DNA of 64,000 nucleotides, taken from assembly GCA_038087875.1 (NCBI GenBank), contig CM075978.1, forward strand, positions 100,378,001 through 100,442,000, given 5' to 3'. The stretch comes from Malacoraja senta. Taxonomy: Eukaryota. The notes under the pieces were generated by a model that did no database searches, was not told the origin of the DNA, and worked only from the letters and a program-made list of their open reading frames with translations. How positions within the stretch are numbered: position 1 is the stretch's first letter; the number at the start of each line of letters is the position of its first letter. Made by a program: the position numbers and the translations under genes. This document shows positions 11,901-22,262 of this stretch, piece by piece.

Positions 11901-14286
11901 GAGCTTTTCATTGTACCTCGGTAGGGAGTTCCCATGTAATCCCATGCTACCTCCTCCATGTTCGGATAGTCGGCGACTAAACCGTCTCCCCAACCTGGTT
12001 TGCCAGGTGAGGAGGGGGCTGTGGACCCCCAGCAGAACCAAAAACAAGACCTGTCAAAGGGCGGATGAGCTCCTAGCGAGCCAACGGCCATCCACACTTC
12101 AGTAGAAATTACTGCCATACATAGCATTGTAAGGCACCGTGCCCGTTGATGTTTTCAACGATGATGATGATGATGTCGTTATACGTGACAATAAACTAAA
12201 CTCAAACTCAACCTGGTACATTCCGATCGGATGCTTTCTATGATGCATCTGTAGAGGTGGTGAGAATCATTGGAGACAAGCTGAGCTTGCTAAGTCTCTG
12301 GGGGATGATGTGACTGTAGATGGGGTTGGGGTGGTGTCTCTTGACTGTACTCCAGAGTTTCAGATGCGATACCTGTTGCTTTGCCCCTGACAGCCGCAGT
12401 GACTCGGAGCACAGTGATGGTGAGGAGGATTTCTATTACACTGAGATCGTGGAGAATGCGGAGACCGTCTCTGAAGCCCCCAGCGGCCAGCACTGCACTC
12501 CTCCTCTCACTCCTCCGCAGTGCCAGCAGTTGGCAGTCAGCCCGCAGCCCCTCAGCAGCCTGGATGTGCTTCCAGACGCCCTGGCCCGCAGCACGCCCCT
12601 TCTGAGCCGATCGGCCCCAAGCTGCTTGAGGCAGGTCTTCGTGGACCACACCTACCAGGTAGGACCAGCAGCCTAACAGTTGGGGCAGTGTGTCCTCTCC
12701 TCCCCACTCTCGTCTACAAGTCTGTTGTCCTCCTGGGTCAGGGGGAGACCCAGGTGTCGGGCAGGACTAGATGTGAGAGGGGAGACCCCAGTACCCTCAC
12801 TTCGGGGAAAGACTTCGGGTGTCAGAGGAGATCACGGGTTTCAGGATTAGACCCTGGTATACTCACTTTGGGGGAGAGAGATCCCCGGTGTGAGGGAGAG
12901 ATGCGTACCCACACCTTTGGGGGAGATTCTAGGCCTTGGTGGGTGGACCCTTGGTGTCAGGGAAACCCTATTATCCTAAAGAAATTCTTCGTCATCTCCT
13001 TTCTAAAGGTACGTCCTTTTATTCTGAGGCTCCGCCTCTGGTCCTAGATTCTGGGCATTGAGGGGTTCACCCAATGTGAGACCCCAGGACCTGCGTCAGT
13101 CGGAAACCCTCTTCCCACACTGTGGTCCTCCTGCATCAAGGGGAGACCCAGGTGTCGGGCGGGACTCTGGGTGTGAGCGCGGAGAGACCACGGTACCTTT
13201 GCTGTGATCGGGGTCTGGTCAGCTATGTGATTCGATCTCTTTCCACCTGAAGAAGGGTCCCGGCCCGAAACGTCACCGATTCCTGTTCTCCAGGGTTGCT
13301 GCCCGAGCCGCTGAGTTACTGTCTGTCTCTCCTTCCACCACAGGTGTCCCCAGAGCACACCCGCACCTTCACCTTTGCCAGTCTCTCCAGCCAGCCGCAA
13401 GTGGCTGTGTTCAAGCCCCACATCATCTTTGCGTCGACACCACAGATATTCCATGGAGGCAAGTAAGTGAAGGGGGGTATATTGCGGGGTTTGGGAGACG
13501 GAGCGGGCACCCCGGACCACACGGCAGGGCCCAGGAGAGGTGTTAGCGGGTCCCAGTATTACAGGATTGGACTTCCCAACTTGTGAAGTGATAAAAGGAC
13601 ACACAGTGGTGGTGTAACTCAGCAGGTCAGGCAGCATTTCTGGTGAGCATGGACAGGTGACGTTTCAGTTTGGGACCCTTCTTCAGACTGATTGTAAAGA
13701 CGGGGTGGGGCAAGAAAGCTGGATGGGGGAGAGGCAGGACAAAGCACGACAGAGTTCAAGGCACTCTGCATGGCAGAGTGGACACAGTCGTGGGGGTGGG
13801 TTTCAATAGGCAGATGGTTGGAACAAAGTCTGAAGAGTCTTTTCCCGAAACGTCACCTATTTCTTTTCTCCAGAGATGACACCTGTACCGCTGAGTTACT
13901 CCAGCATTTTGTGTCCATGTTTGGTTGGACCAAAGGCCAGAGATTTGTTTTAAATGTGTGAGATTAAAGGATTGAAGAGTTGCAAGTTGTGAAGCAAGAG
14001 GAAGGAATGTGAGATGGGATGGGAGAAATAGGTGCAAGTCCAGGCAGGGTGGTGGGGGTGGGGTGTAGTAAGATGGGGGGGTTGAGGGGAGGGATGTTTT
14101 GGTGGTTACTTAAATTTGGAAAACTCAATGTTTACCTTGGGCAGTGGTAACTGGGATTTTTTTCTGGTTGACAGGAAGGTGCGCGGTGAAGCCAAGAAAT
14201 GCCGCAAGGTCTATGGCGTGGAGAACCGCAGCCAGTGGTGCACCGCCTGCAGGTGGAAGAAGGCCTGTCAGCGCTTCCATGACTGA
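2728..14286 (+). CDS. ZNF395: ZNF395/ZNF704/SLC2A4RG-family transcription factor; join(2728-2980,5886-6118,7034-7137,8415-8591,9692-9792,12394-12658,13344-13462,14175-14286); two apparent +1 frameshifts
   Basis: N-terminus [44 protein letters not shown]2H2 finger, [15 protein letters not shown] and C-clamp [30 protein letters not shown] are family hallmarks. All introns are GT-AG. The family assignment is secure but the exact paralog is uncertain. Confidence 0.75.
3279..4162. mobile_element. Non-autonomous DNA transposon (ISL2EU/PIF-Harbinger-like) with THAP remnants, copy 1
   Basis: Imperfect TIR AGGGAGGTTTCACG / CGTGCAACCCCCCT in a TATA context; inserted into a CR1 fragment; second copy at 19612-20514; THAP-like ORF at 3759-4022 (-). 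Confidence 0.72.
4247..5252 (-). mobile_element. Helitron-like non-autonomous element 1
   Basis: On the - strand it ends in a GC hairpin followed by CTAG (plus 4247-4275); internal CT-rich tract; directly abuts a second element. Confidence 0.55.
5253..5750 (-). mobile_element. Helitron-like non-autonomous element 2 with internal minisatellite
   Basis: CTAG at 5253 and perfect hairpin CAGACCC-GTT-GGGTCTG; repeats of aaaaaagatggcgtcgttt run into the N-gap; shares sequence near 5690-5740 with element 1 near 5050-5100. Confidence 0.55.
5448..5647. other. Assembly gap (200 N)
   Basis: Run of N. Confidence 1.
5886..6118 (+). CDS. ZNF395-family coding exon 2
   Basis: ccctag|GTATAC to CCAAG|gtaggt; [28 protein letters not shown]...TIAVPPR; phase 0 to 2. 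Confidence 0.9.
7034..7137 (+). CDS. ZNF395-family coding exon 3
   Basis: ggcag|GGCTTC to CCAG|gtaggg; [23 protein letters not shown]; phase 2 to 1. Confidence 0.92.
8244..8267. repeat. (CA)n microsatellite
   Basis: Direct reading. Confidence 0.95.
8415..8591 (+). CDS. ZNF395-family coding exon 4 (contains +1 frameshift near C-runs 8483-8500)
   Basis: ggcag|ACTCTG to AGGAAG|gtacgg. The 5' part reads [25 protein letters not shown] and the 3' part reads [23 protein letters not shown] in a different frame. Length is 177 nt where 3n+2 is required. Confidence 0.85.
8914..9200 (+). mobile_element. V-SINE (HE1-like)
   Basis: Same tripartite structure. Confidence 0.8.
9692..9792 (+). CDS. ZNF395-family coding exon 5, C2H2 zinc finger
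   Basis: ctctcgcag|AACTCG to CTCGG|gtaagg; [34 protein letters not shown]. Confidence 0.93.
12394..12658 (+). CDS. ZNF395-family coding exon 6
   Basis: cctgacag|CCGCAG to TACCAG|gtagga; [18 protein letters not shown]...[19 protein letters not shown]. Confidence 0.92.
13247..13275 (+). ncRNA. Minimal type I hammerhead-ribozyme-like motif in a Penelope-type short repeat
   Basis: CTGAAGA-A-GGGTC-CC-GGCCC-GAAA-CGTC-A. Confidence 0.5.
13344..13462 (+). CDS. ZNF395-family coding exon 7
   Basis: ccaccacag|GTGTCC to GGCAA|gtaagt; open frame and phases 0 to 2 fit the neighbouring exons. Confidence 0.82.
14175..14286 (+). CDS. ZNF395-family terminal coding exon, C-clamp (CR3) domain
   Basis: ttgacag|GAAGGT; [39 protein letters not shown]. 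Confidence 0.95.
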
Positions 14287-15544
14287 GCGCTGGGGCTGGC
14301 TGGGGTAGATGGGTGGGGTCCCGGAGCCCACCTCCCTGCACTGGTCCCCATGAAAGAGGAACCTCCCCAGGATCAGGACTGAGTGGATTTGCCACCAGGA
14401 TCAGGACTGAGTGGATCTATGGGACCTGCGGACACGGACAGTGACGATATTCCGGCTGCCTGCTGACGGGGTTAGGACAATCTCTGGGGCAGCTGGACCA
14501 GCTGCAATGCATTGGCTGGGAGATCCTTCAGCGTACTTCCTCTGTATAGCCTATAAAGTTCTCCATTGTTCTCCAAACCAAACTGAGCAGGGCCGCTCAT
14601 GAGATAGATACCTTCTCACCATCTCTTGGAGGCTTGGCCGTGGTCCTCGGCATCTCCCAGCTGTACCACCACCAGTATACCTGTGCCATGCATGCAGTTG
14701 GAGCCGGGGATGGAGTGGAGACTGGATGAACCTGGACTGCTTTTTCTAGACCTCCTTGCGAGCTCGGTTTGCCAGGGACTCTGGTGCAAGTGTCTGAAAG
14801 CTGGTGGGCCTCCATGTGTCCACAGACCATGAGTGCAGTGCTGTAGGAAGGACAATGAAGCTCGGGAACGCCACACTTGCTGCAGTCCCGGGAGTCGCTG
14901 GAGACGCACTGACAGATGTGACACTGTTACACAGGGAATTCCAAGCCATCGTTTCTGATGAGAGGTCGCCGACTTAAAGTATTTTGACTCTGTTAGCCTT
15001 CCAGATTTTGTTAATTATTAAGTAAAAAAAAAATCTACTTTGTCCTACACATTCAACGTCATACAGCACAGAAACAGGCTCTTCAGTCCAACATGTCCAT
15101 GTTGACCAAGAGTCGATGCCCATTGAACTGGGTTCCATTTTCCCAGTATCTGCCATTTAAATCTATCTTCTTTTCCTTCATTGGCTGTTCCAACAAAGGG
15201 CCTTGGACCCAAAACGTTAACCCTGTTTCTACCTCCGCAGATGCTGTATAGCTTTCTGAGTGTTTCCAGCATTTTCAGTTTCTATTTCACTTTTACGTTC
15301 TCCATTAAGGCAGATTGCTGGTCTTCCTGTCACCCTTATTGCGAATTGCAGTCAAACAGCTTGGAATGTGCCGTAGGTAGTATAGTGGTTAACTTAATGG
15401 ACTGGCTTGCAGAGGCCCCAACAATTGAGCAGAAGGCACAAGTTCAAATCCCACCACAGCAGGTTAGAAGAATATGGAACATATTAGTAATATCAGTGAA
15501 GGTAATCATGGAAATACTGGAGTATTGTAAAAAGCCACTGATTC

Positions 15545-16080
15545 ACTGTTGTGTGCAGTTCTGGCTTCCACATTACAGGAAGGGTGCAAAGGCTTTGGAG
15601 GATGCATTAGAGCTTGAACATAATTCTGCCTGGATTAGAGAGTATTAATTATAATGAGAGGTTGGACAAATAATGGGTTCTTTTATCTGGAGATTAGAGG
15701 CTGAGAGGAGATCTGAAAGAATGTTATAAAGTTACGAGAGGCATAGATAGAGTAGACAGTCAAAACCTTTATTCCAAGGCAGGATTGTCAAAAACTAGAG
15801 CATGTAGCATTAATGGCAGAGGGAAGATTTATAGGAGATGCGTGGGGGCATGTTTTTTATTTGGTGGTGGTGGAATCAGATATGACAGTGGTGTTCAAGA
15901 GGTTTTTAGATATGCACATATACACAATATGGAGGGATATGGATCACATAAAGGCAGAGGAGATTATTTTAACTTGGCATTATATTTGGCACAGATATTG
16001 TCTTGCCAAAAGACTTCTTCCAGTGCTATACTGTTTGTTATGTGCTATGTTCTATGTCCCACGTGGATATAGAACATAGG
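15545..16080 (+). mobile_element. Decayed CR1 3' fragment
   Basis: CCVQFWLPHYRKG and degenerate tail. Confidence 0.7.
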
Positions 16081-18038
16081 AACTGCAGTTTTCACCTAGA
16101 CTGGCGTATATGTAACTCTAGATCCACATAAAATGGATGATTTGTAATTGCCCTCTGCAATGACGTATTCTCGGATATTCTGGGATTGGCAACAAATGCA
16201 GGATTAGCCATTAAATCACACCCCCCATGAATGTCAGTGACAGCATCTTTCCCCTTGAGCCTGTTTCCACAGTCAATAAGGAAATGGCGGATCCTATTTC
16301 ATGTGTAATTCCTGACCAATTCCAAAGAAAAACATGGTCCAAGATAGTGCAGGACGTGGTTCTGTGGCTGAGGTGGGATTAGGGTTGTTCGGGGTGGTTC
16401 AAAACTTGTTAGAAAGTAGCTGCTCCTGAACCTGGTTGTGTGGGACCTCAGGCATTTGTACCTCTGACCTGAAAGTAGCAGCGAGATGAGAGGGTTGCAC
16501 GGATAGTGGAACGAGCCTACACGAGCGCCTCGTGTAGAGGTTGAGGATGGAGTGGGGTGCAGTGCCTGGAATGGACGGGGCCAAGCCCACCCGTCACTGC
16601 AGCCGCTTGCGTTCCTGTGCATTGGAATTGCCGTACCCAGGGCATGATGCAACCAGTCAGGATTCCCCTGCTGATGAGTGTTCTCATTGTGCTAGGTTTG
16701 CATATAATATACACACAGCTCCATTGTTGTTACATTTCCATTGTGTTGCGGCATATGGGCATCGCTGGCATGGCCAACATTTTCTTGGTCACACCCAGTC
16801 ATCCTTCTGAGCATGGCAGTGATTGTGTGTGTGGTGAAGGTTCAGTCTTGGTACTGTTGTTCATAAGTTGTAGGAGAAGAATTAGGCCACTCGGCCCATC
16901 AAGTCTACTCCGTCATGCAATCAATCATGGCTGATCTAACTTTCCCTCCCAAACCCCATTCTCCTGCCTTCTCCCCATAATCCCTGACAACCGTATTAAT
17001 TTGTATGGAGAGCTCCAGGGTTTTTCTGTTTAAAATGCTGGCTCCAAGCTGGTGCTGACCCATGCTGGTAACTGGAGAGAAGATTCTGTGCAGCTTTCTC
17101 CCTCCTCAGTCTTCCTGTCTGTCTTCTGACAGGGCAACATGCATAAAATGAGGTGAGAGATCAGGGCTGATCAGTGGTCTGACTTCAACTCAGAGCTACG
17201 GGTGTGTACAGGAAGATGAAGCTTAATTATTGCCCCAAGTGAATTATAATCAGTGACCATTCTGATTCTGATAGAGCCTTTGAATAAACAGCAATGACAT
17301 TGACTTGCTTATTTTATATAAAATGAATACAAAAGAAGTGGGTGTGAGCAGTTGTGACTAAGTATGCACTTGTGATGTTAACTGGGAAACTGTCAGATTT
17401 CCTCTCTTGTCTCTGGTGCTTATGGACATCCATAAGTTATAGGAATTAGACCATTCGGCCCATCGTCTACTCTGCCATTCAATCTATCTTTCCTTCTTAA
17501 CCCCATGCTCCTGCCTTCTGCGCATAACCCAAGGCACCCTTACTAATCAAGAATCTGTCAATCTCCACCTTTAAAATTACCATTGAGTTGGTCTTCACAG
17601 GTGTCTGTGGCAATGAATTCCACAGATTCACAACCATCCGATTAAAGAAATTCCTCATTGTCTCCTTCCTAAAGGTACAACCTTTTATTATGAGGCCATG
17701 GTCTCAGGTCCTAGACTCTCCCACTAGTGGAAACATCTTCTCCACAGTTGTGGGGTTTCTGGTGTGAACTCCAGACCATTGAGATGCACCAACAGAGCTA
17801 TGTGTGCATGCCCAACACTGGGAGTCTGTGCTGTAAAGGGGTGCAGGATCGGCAGTGTGGGTTACTGGGAAGTGAAACCACTGATCCAGAACTCACTCTC
17901 CATCTTGTTAATAGTGATAATAAGGTTCAGGGTTAGAGGGATTACACCACTTTACCCTCTGAGTGTTTCCAGAGCTACTCTGCTCCATGGTGTAGTGACA
18001 TTTGGTTCCAACACTGAGACCATCTTGTGTTTCTTCGA

Positions 18039-18327
18039 GTTTAGAGATACAGAGCGGAAACAGGCCCTTCAGCCCACCCAAGTCCGCGCCGACCAGTGAT
18101 CACCCTGTACACTAGCACTATCCTACGCATTAGGAACAATTTACAACCAAAGTTAATTAACCCACAACCCTGTACATCTTTGGAGTGTGGAAGGAAACCG
18201 GAGCACCTGAGGGAAATCCCACACGGTCAAGGGGAGAAAGTACAAAATCCTTACAGACAGCGCCCATAGTCGGGATCGAACCCGGGTCTCTGGCGCTGTA
18301 AGGCAGCAACTCTACTGCGGCACCATG
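18039..18327 (-). mobile_element. V-SINE (HE1-like)
   Basis: Same tripartite structure; clear box B (ggttcgatccc). Confidence 0.85.
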
Positions 18328-19084
18328 TCGCCCCTTTTTTGCTGGGTCTGGAGCAGTGCTAACCATTTGATCATTTATAAGTGATCCATACAATGAATGA
18401 AAGTTTAGCATTTGTTGTTTCCAAATTCGGAATAATTGTGCCCTGGAATAATGGGTGTGTTCTGCACATGGATCTATGTCACTGTTCTGACAAGGGCAAT
18501 GTGGAGCAGAGGTGGGTTCATATACTATTGGGCTGCATGCAAGGGTCCCAGTTTTAAACCTTTTGCCTGGCAGTTGTAACATGGGATGACTGACAGCCTT
18601 CTTTGTACGTTTCATGAAACTTTATAATTTTTAATAAAACATTTGAAAAATAAAAATTGAGTTTAGAAATTAATATTTTTATTCATTTTTCAGGATTTAT
18701 CGCCCATTCCTAATTGCCCATGAGAAGGAAGAGGTGTGCCGCCTCCTTCACTCGCTGCAGTTCTTGCGGTAAAGGCGCTCCCACAGTGCTGTTGGGATGG
18801 GAGTGCAGGATTTGGACCCAGTGACTGTGAAGGACCCATGGTGTGTTTCCATGTCTGGAAGATGTGCGGTTTAGATAGGAACCAGCAAGTGGGGGTGTTT
18901 CCACATGTCAAGCTAAGAGAGAGAGAAGCCACCTCAATCCTTATTACACTGATTAAATCATTCTACATCTGATTCCAAACACATGTTCATAAGTGATAGG
19001 GGCAGAATTCAGCCCATCAAGTCAACTTCACCATACAATCATGGCTGATCTATCTTTTCTCCTCAACCCTAATTCTCCTGGTCC

Positions 19085-19611
19085 TCTAATTTGAGGAAGG
19101 ACATTCTTGCTATTGAGGGAGTGCAGCGTAGGTTTACAAGGTTAATTCCCGGGATGGCGGGACTGTCATATGCTGAGAGAATGGAGCAGCTTGGCTTGTA
19201 CACTCTGGAGTTTAGAAGGATAAGACGGGATCTCATTGAAACATATAAAATGATTAAGGGTTTGGACACGCTAGAGGCAGGAAACATGTTCCCGATGTTG
19301 GGGGAGTCCAGAACCAGGGGCCACAGTTTTAAGAATAAGGAGTAAGCCATTTAGAACGGAGACGAGGAAACACTTTTTCGCACAGAGAATGGTGAGTCTG
19401 TGGAATTCTCTGCCTCAGAGGGGGCGGTGGAGGCAGGTTCTCTGAATGCTTTCAAGAGAGAGCTAGATAGGGGTCTTAAAAATAGCGGAGTCAGGGGATA
19501 TGGGGAGAAGGCAGGAACGGGGTACTGATTGGGGATGATCAGCCATGATCACATTGAATGGCGGTGCTGGCTCGAAGGGCCGAAGGGCCTACTCCTGCAC
19601 CTATTGTCTAT
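19085..19611 (+). mobile_element. CR1 3' fragment
   Basis: [21 protein letters not shown] and tail. Confidence 0.9.
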
Positions 19612-20514
19612 AGGGAGGTTTCACGGCAGTCGGGTCACGACCCATGACCCGTACTGTTGCTACACTACGCCAAATGGATTACACGCGATGAACTGCAGGT
19701 AAGCACTTACCATTGTTTCCAGCGTAGCGAGCCCGTTAAAACCCGCCGAAATTGTCAATTTTTGTGCTGTAAATAGTTATGGAAATCGGGATAAGACAAG
19801 CGTGAGAGACATTTAGCCTACTTCAGAATTCCAAAAGTGAGGAGAAATGACGGTAGATAGAAGCGAGAGCTGAAGGGACAACAACAGCCAGAGTGCTTGG
19901 CGAACATTGGCCATTTGCTCACTGCATTTCATCAACTAAGGCATTATTTGTGTTTTTTCTTGATTACTTTGTCATCTAAAAAGTTTCAGAAGTGATAAAT
20001 CTGTCTGTAAAATTTTTAAATCGCCCATGGTTCTCGTTGGTTTTTACATACAAAAAGAAAACGTCTCTCAAGCAAAATTTACAGCCAGATTTATCACTTC
20101 TGAGACTTTTTAGATACCATAGAAATCAAGAAAAACCACAAATAATGCCTTACTGTTGATGAAATGCAGTGAGCAAACGCGATAATTTCCAATATTTTCA
20201 ATTCCGATATCTGCACGGCCAATGTTCGCCAAGCACTTTAGCTGCTGTTGTCCCTTCAGCTCTCGCTTCTCTTTATCTTCATTTCGCTTCACTTTTGGAA
20301 TTCTGAAGTTGGGTACATGTCTCTCACACTTACCCCGACTTCCACAATTTTTTACAGCGCAGAAATTCAACATTTTGGCGGTTTTTAACAGGTAGGAAAG
20401 TACGCGTTTCTTGCATTAATAACATATACCGGAAGTGACGGATGTCCTCCAGATGGATTGAGCGGCTCCGTGTGTCAAGCCCTATGACCCAGTAACCTTA
20501 CGTGCAACCCCCCT
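19612..20514. mobile_element. Non-autonomous DNA transposon (ISL2EU/PIF-Harbinger-like) with THAP remnants, copy 2
   Basis: Same termini as copy 1; ORF 20110-20373 (-) MLNFCAVKNC...FRIP...CLANIGRAD...RVCSLHF resembles a THAP domain. Confidence 0.75.
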
Positions 20515-20744
20515 ATAACCCTAATCTGCTTTCTCACCATACACCCGTACACTCCTAACACCCGTACTAATCAAGAATCTATGCTTTAAAAATATCCATT
20601 GATGACTTGACCTCCGCAGCCGTCTGTGGTAATTCACTAGAATCAAATGGTCATTCAAGCATATTACCATTTGGATGGTCACCAAATCTACTAGGTGTCA
20701 TGGTTATTATTGCAAAGTACCAGCAAAGCAATTCATTAAACTAT

Positions 20745-22262
20745 AGTGATTTAATAATAATAATAATAATAGATTTTATTTATATAGCGCTTTTCAGGAC
20801 TCAAAGTCGCTTTACAATTGAGAGTCAGGAATAAACAAAACAAAATAGAGCAGTAAGACAGAGGGGAGGGGAACATGAGACTAAGGGTATGCAGAGGTGA
20901 AGAGATGGGTCTTGAGGCGGGACTGGAAGATGGTGAGGGACTCAGAATTTCGGATCAATTGTGGGAGGGAGTTCCATGAGCCTGGCAGCTGCCCTGGGGA
21001 AGGCTCTGCCTCCAAAAGTGCAGAGGTTTGATTTCGGAGTGGAGAGAAGACCAGCTGATGTGGATCTGAGGGACCGTGAGGGTTGGTAGGGGGAGAGGAG
21101 GTCAATGAGATAAGGGGGGGCCAGGTTGTTGAGGGCTTTGTAGGTGAGGACCAGGATTTTGTAGGTGATCCGGTGGGAAATGGGAAGCCAGTGAAGTTCT
21201 TTGAGAACTGGGGTGATGTGGTGCCAGGATTTGAGGAAGGACATTATAGCCATAGAGGGAGTGCAAAGAAGGTTCACCAGACTGATTCCTGGGATGTCAG
21301 GACTTTCATATGAAGAAAGACTGGATAGACTTGGCTTATACTCGCTAGAATTTAGGAGATTGAGAGGGGATCTTATAGAAACGTACAAAATTCTTATGGG
21401 GTTGGACAGGCTAGATGCAGGAAGATTGTTCCCGATGTTGGGGAAGTCCAGGACAAGGGGTCACAGCTTAAGGATAAGGGGGAAATCCTTTAAGACCGAG
21501 ATGAGGAAAAACGTTTTCACACAGAGAGTGGTGAATCTCTGGAACTCTCTGCCACAGAGGGTAGTTGTGGCCAGTTCATTGGCTATATTTAAGAGGGAGT
21601 TAGATGTGGCCCTTGTGGCTAAAGGGATCAGGGGGTATGGAGAGAAGGCAGGTACGGGATACTGAGTTGGATGATCAGCCATGATCATATTGAATGGCGG
21701 TGCAGGCTCGAAGGGCCGAATGGCCTACTCCACCTATTTTCTATGTATCTATGTATTTGGTGTGGGTAATGAGTCGAGCGGCTGCATTTTGGACCAGTTG
21801 GAGTCGTTTGATGCTGCTGGAATTGATTCCGAAAAGAAGAGAGTTACAGTAGTCCAGTCGGGAGGAGATGAAGGCATGGATGAGTCTTTCAGCAGCGGGG
21901 GGTATGAGAGACGATCTGATTTTTGCAATGTTGCGGAGGTGAAAAAATGATGTTTTGACAACATGGCGGATGTGAGGCTCAAGGGAGAGGGTTGAGTCAA
22001 GGATCACGCCAAGGTTGCGTGCCTGAGGAGATGGGGAGACAGTGGTGCCGTCGATAGTGAGAGTGGGGTTGTTAATTTTAGTGAGTGTTGATTTGGAGCC
22101 AATGAGGAGAAATTCTGTTTTGCTACTGTTTAATTTAAGGAAGTTGAGTTGCATCCAAGATTTGATGGCTGATAGGCAGGAGTTGATATGGGAGAGAGGG
22201 GGGTGGTGGGGGGACTTGGTGCTGAGATAGATCTGGGTGTCATCAGCATAGCAGTGGAAGAC
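20745..22262 (-). mobile_element. L2-clade LINE 3' portion, split by a CR1 insertion
   Basis: NFLKLNSSKTE, SRLDYCNSLL, LQLVQNAAAR and HITPVLKELHWLP; 3' end gtaaagcgactttgag...(att)n. Confidence 0.9.
21234..21754 (+). mobile_element. CR1 3' fragment nested in L2
   Basis: ORF 21201-21665 RT C-terminus plus tail; ATTTG repeated at 21229-21233 and 21755-21759. Confidence 0.9.
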
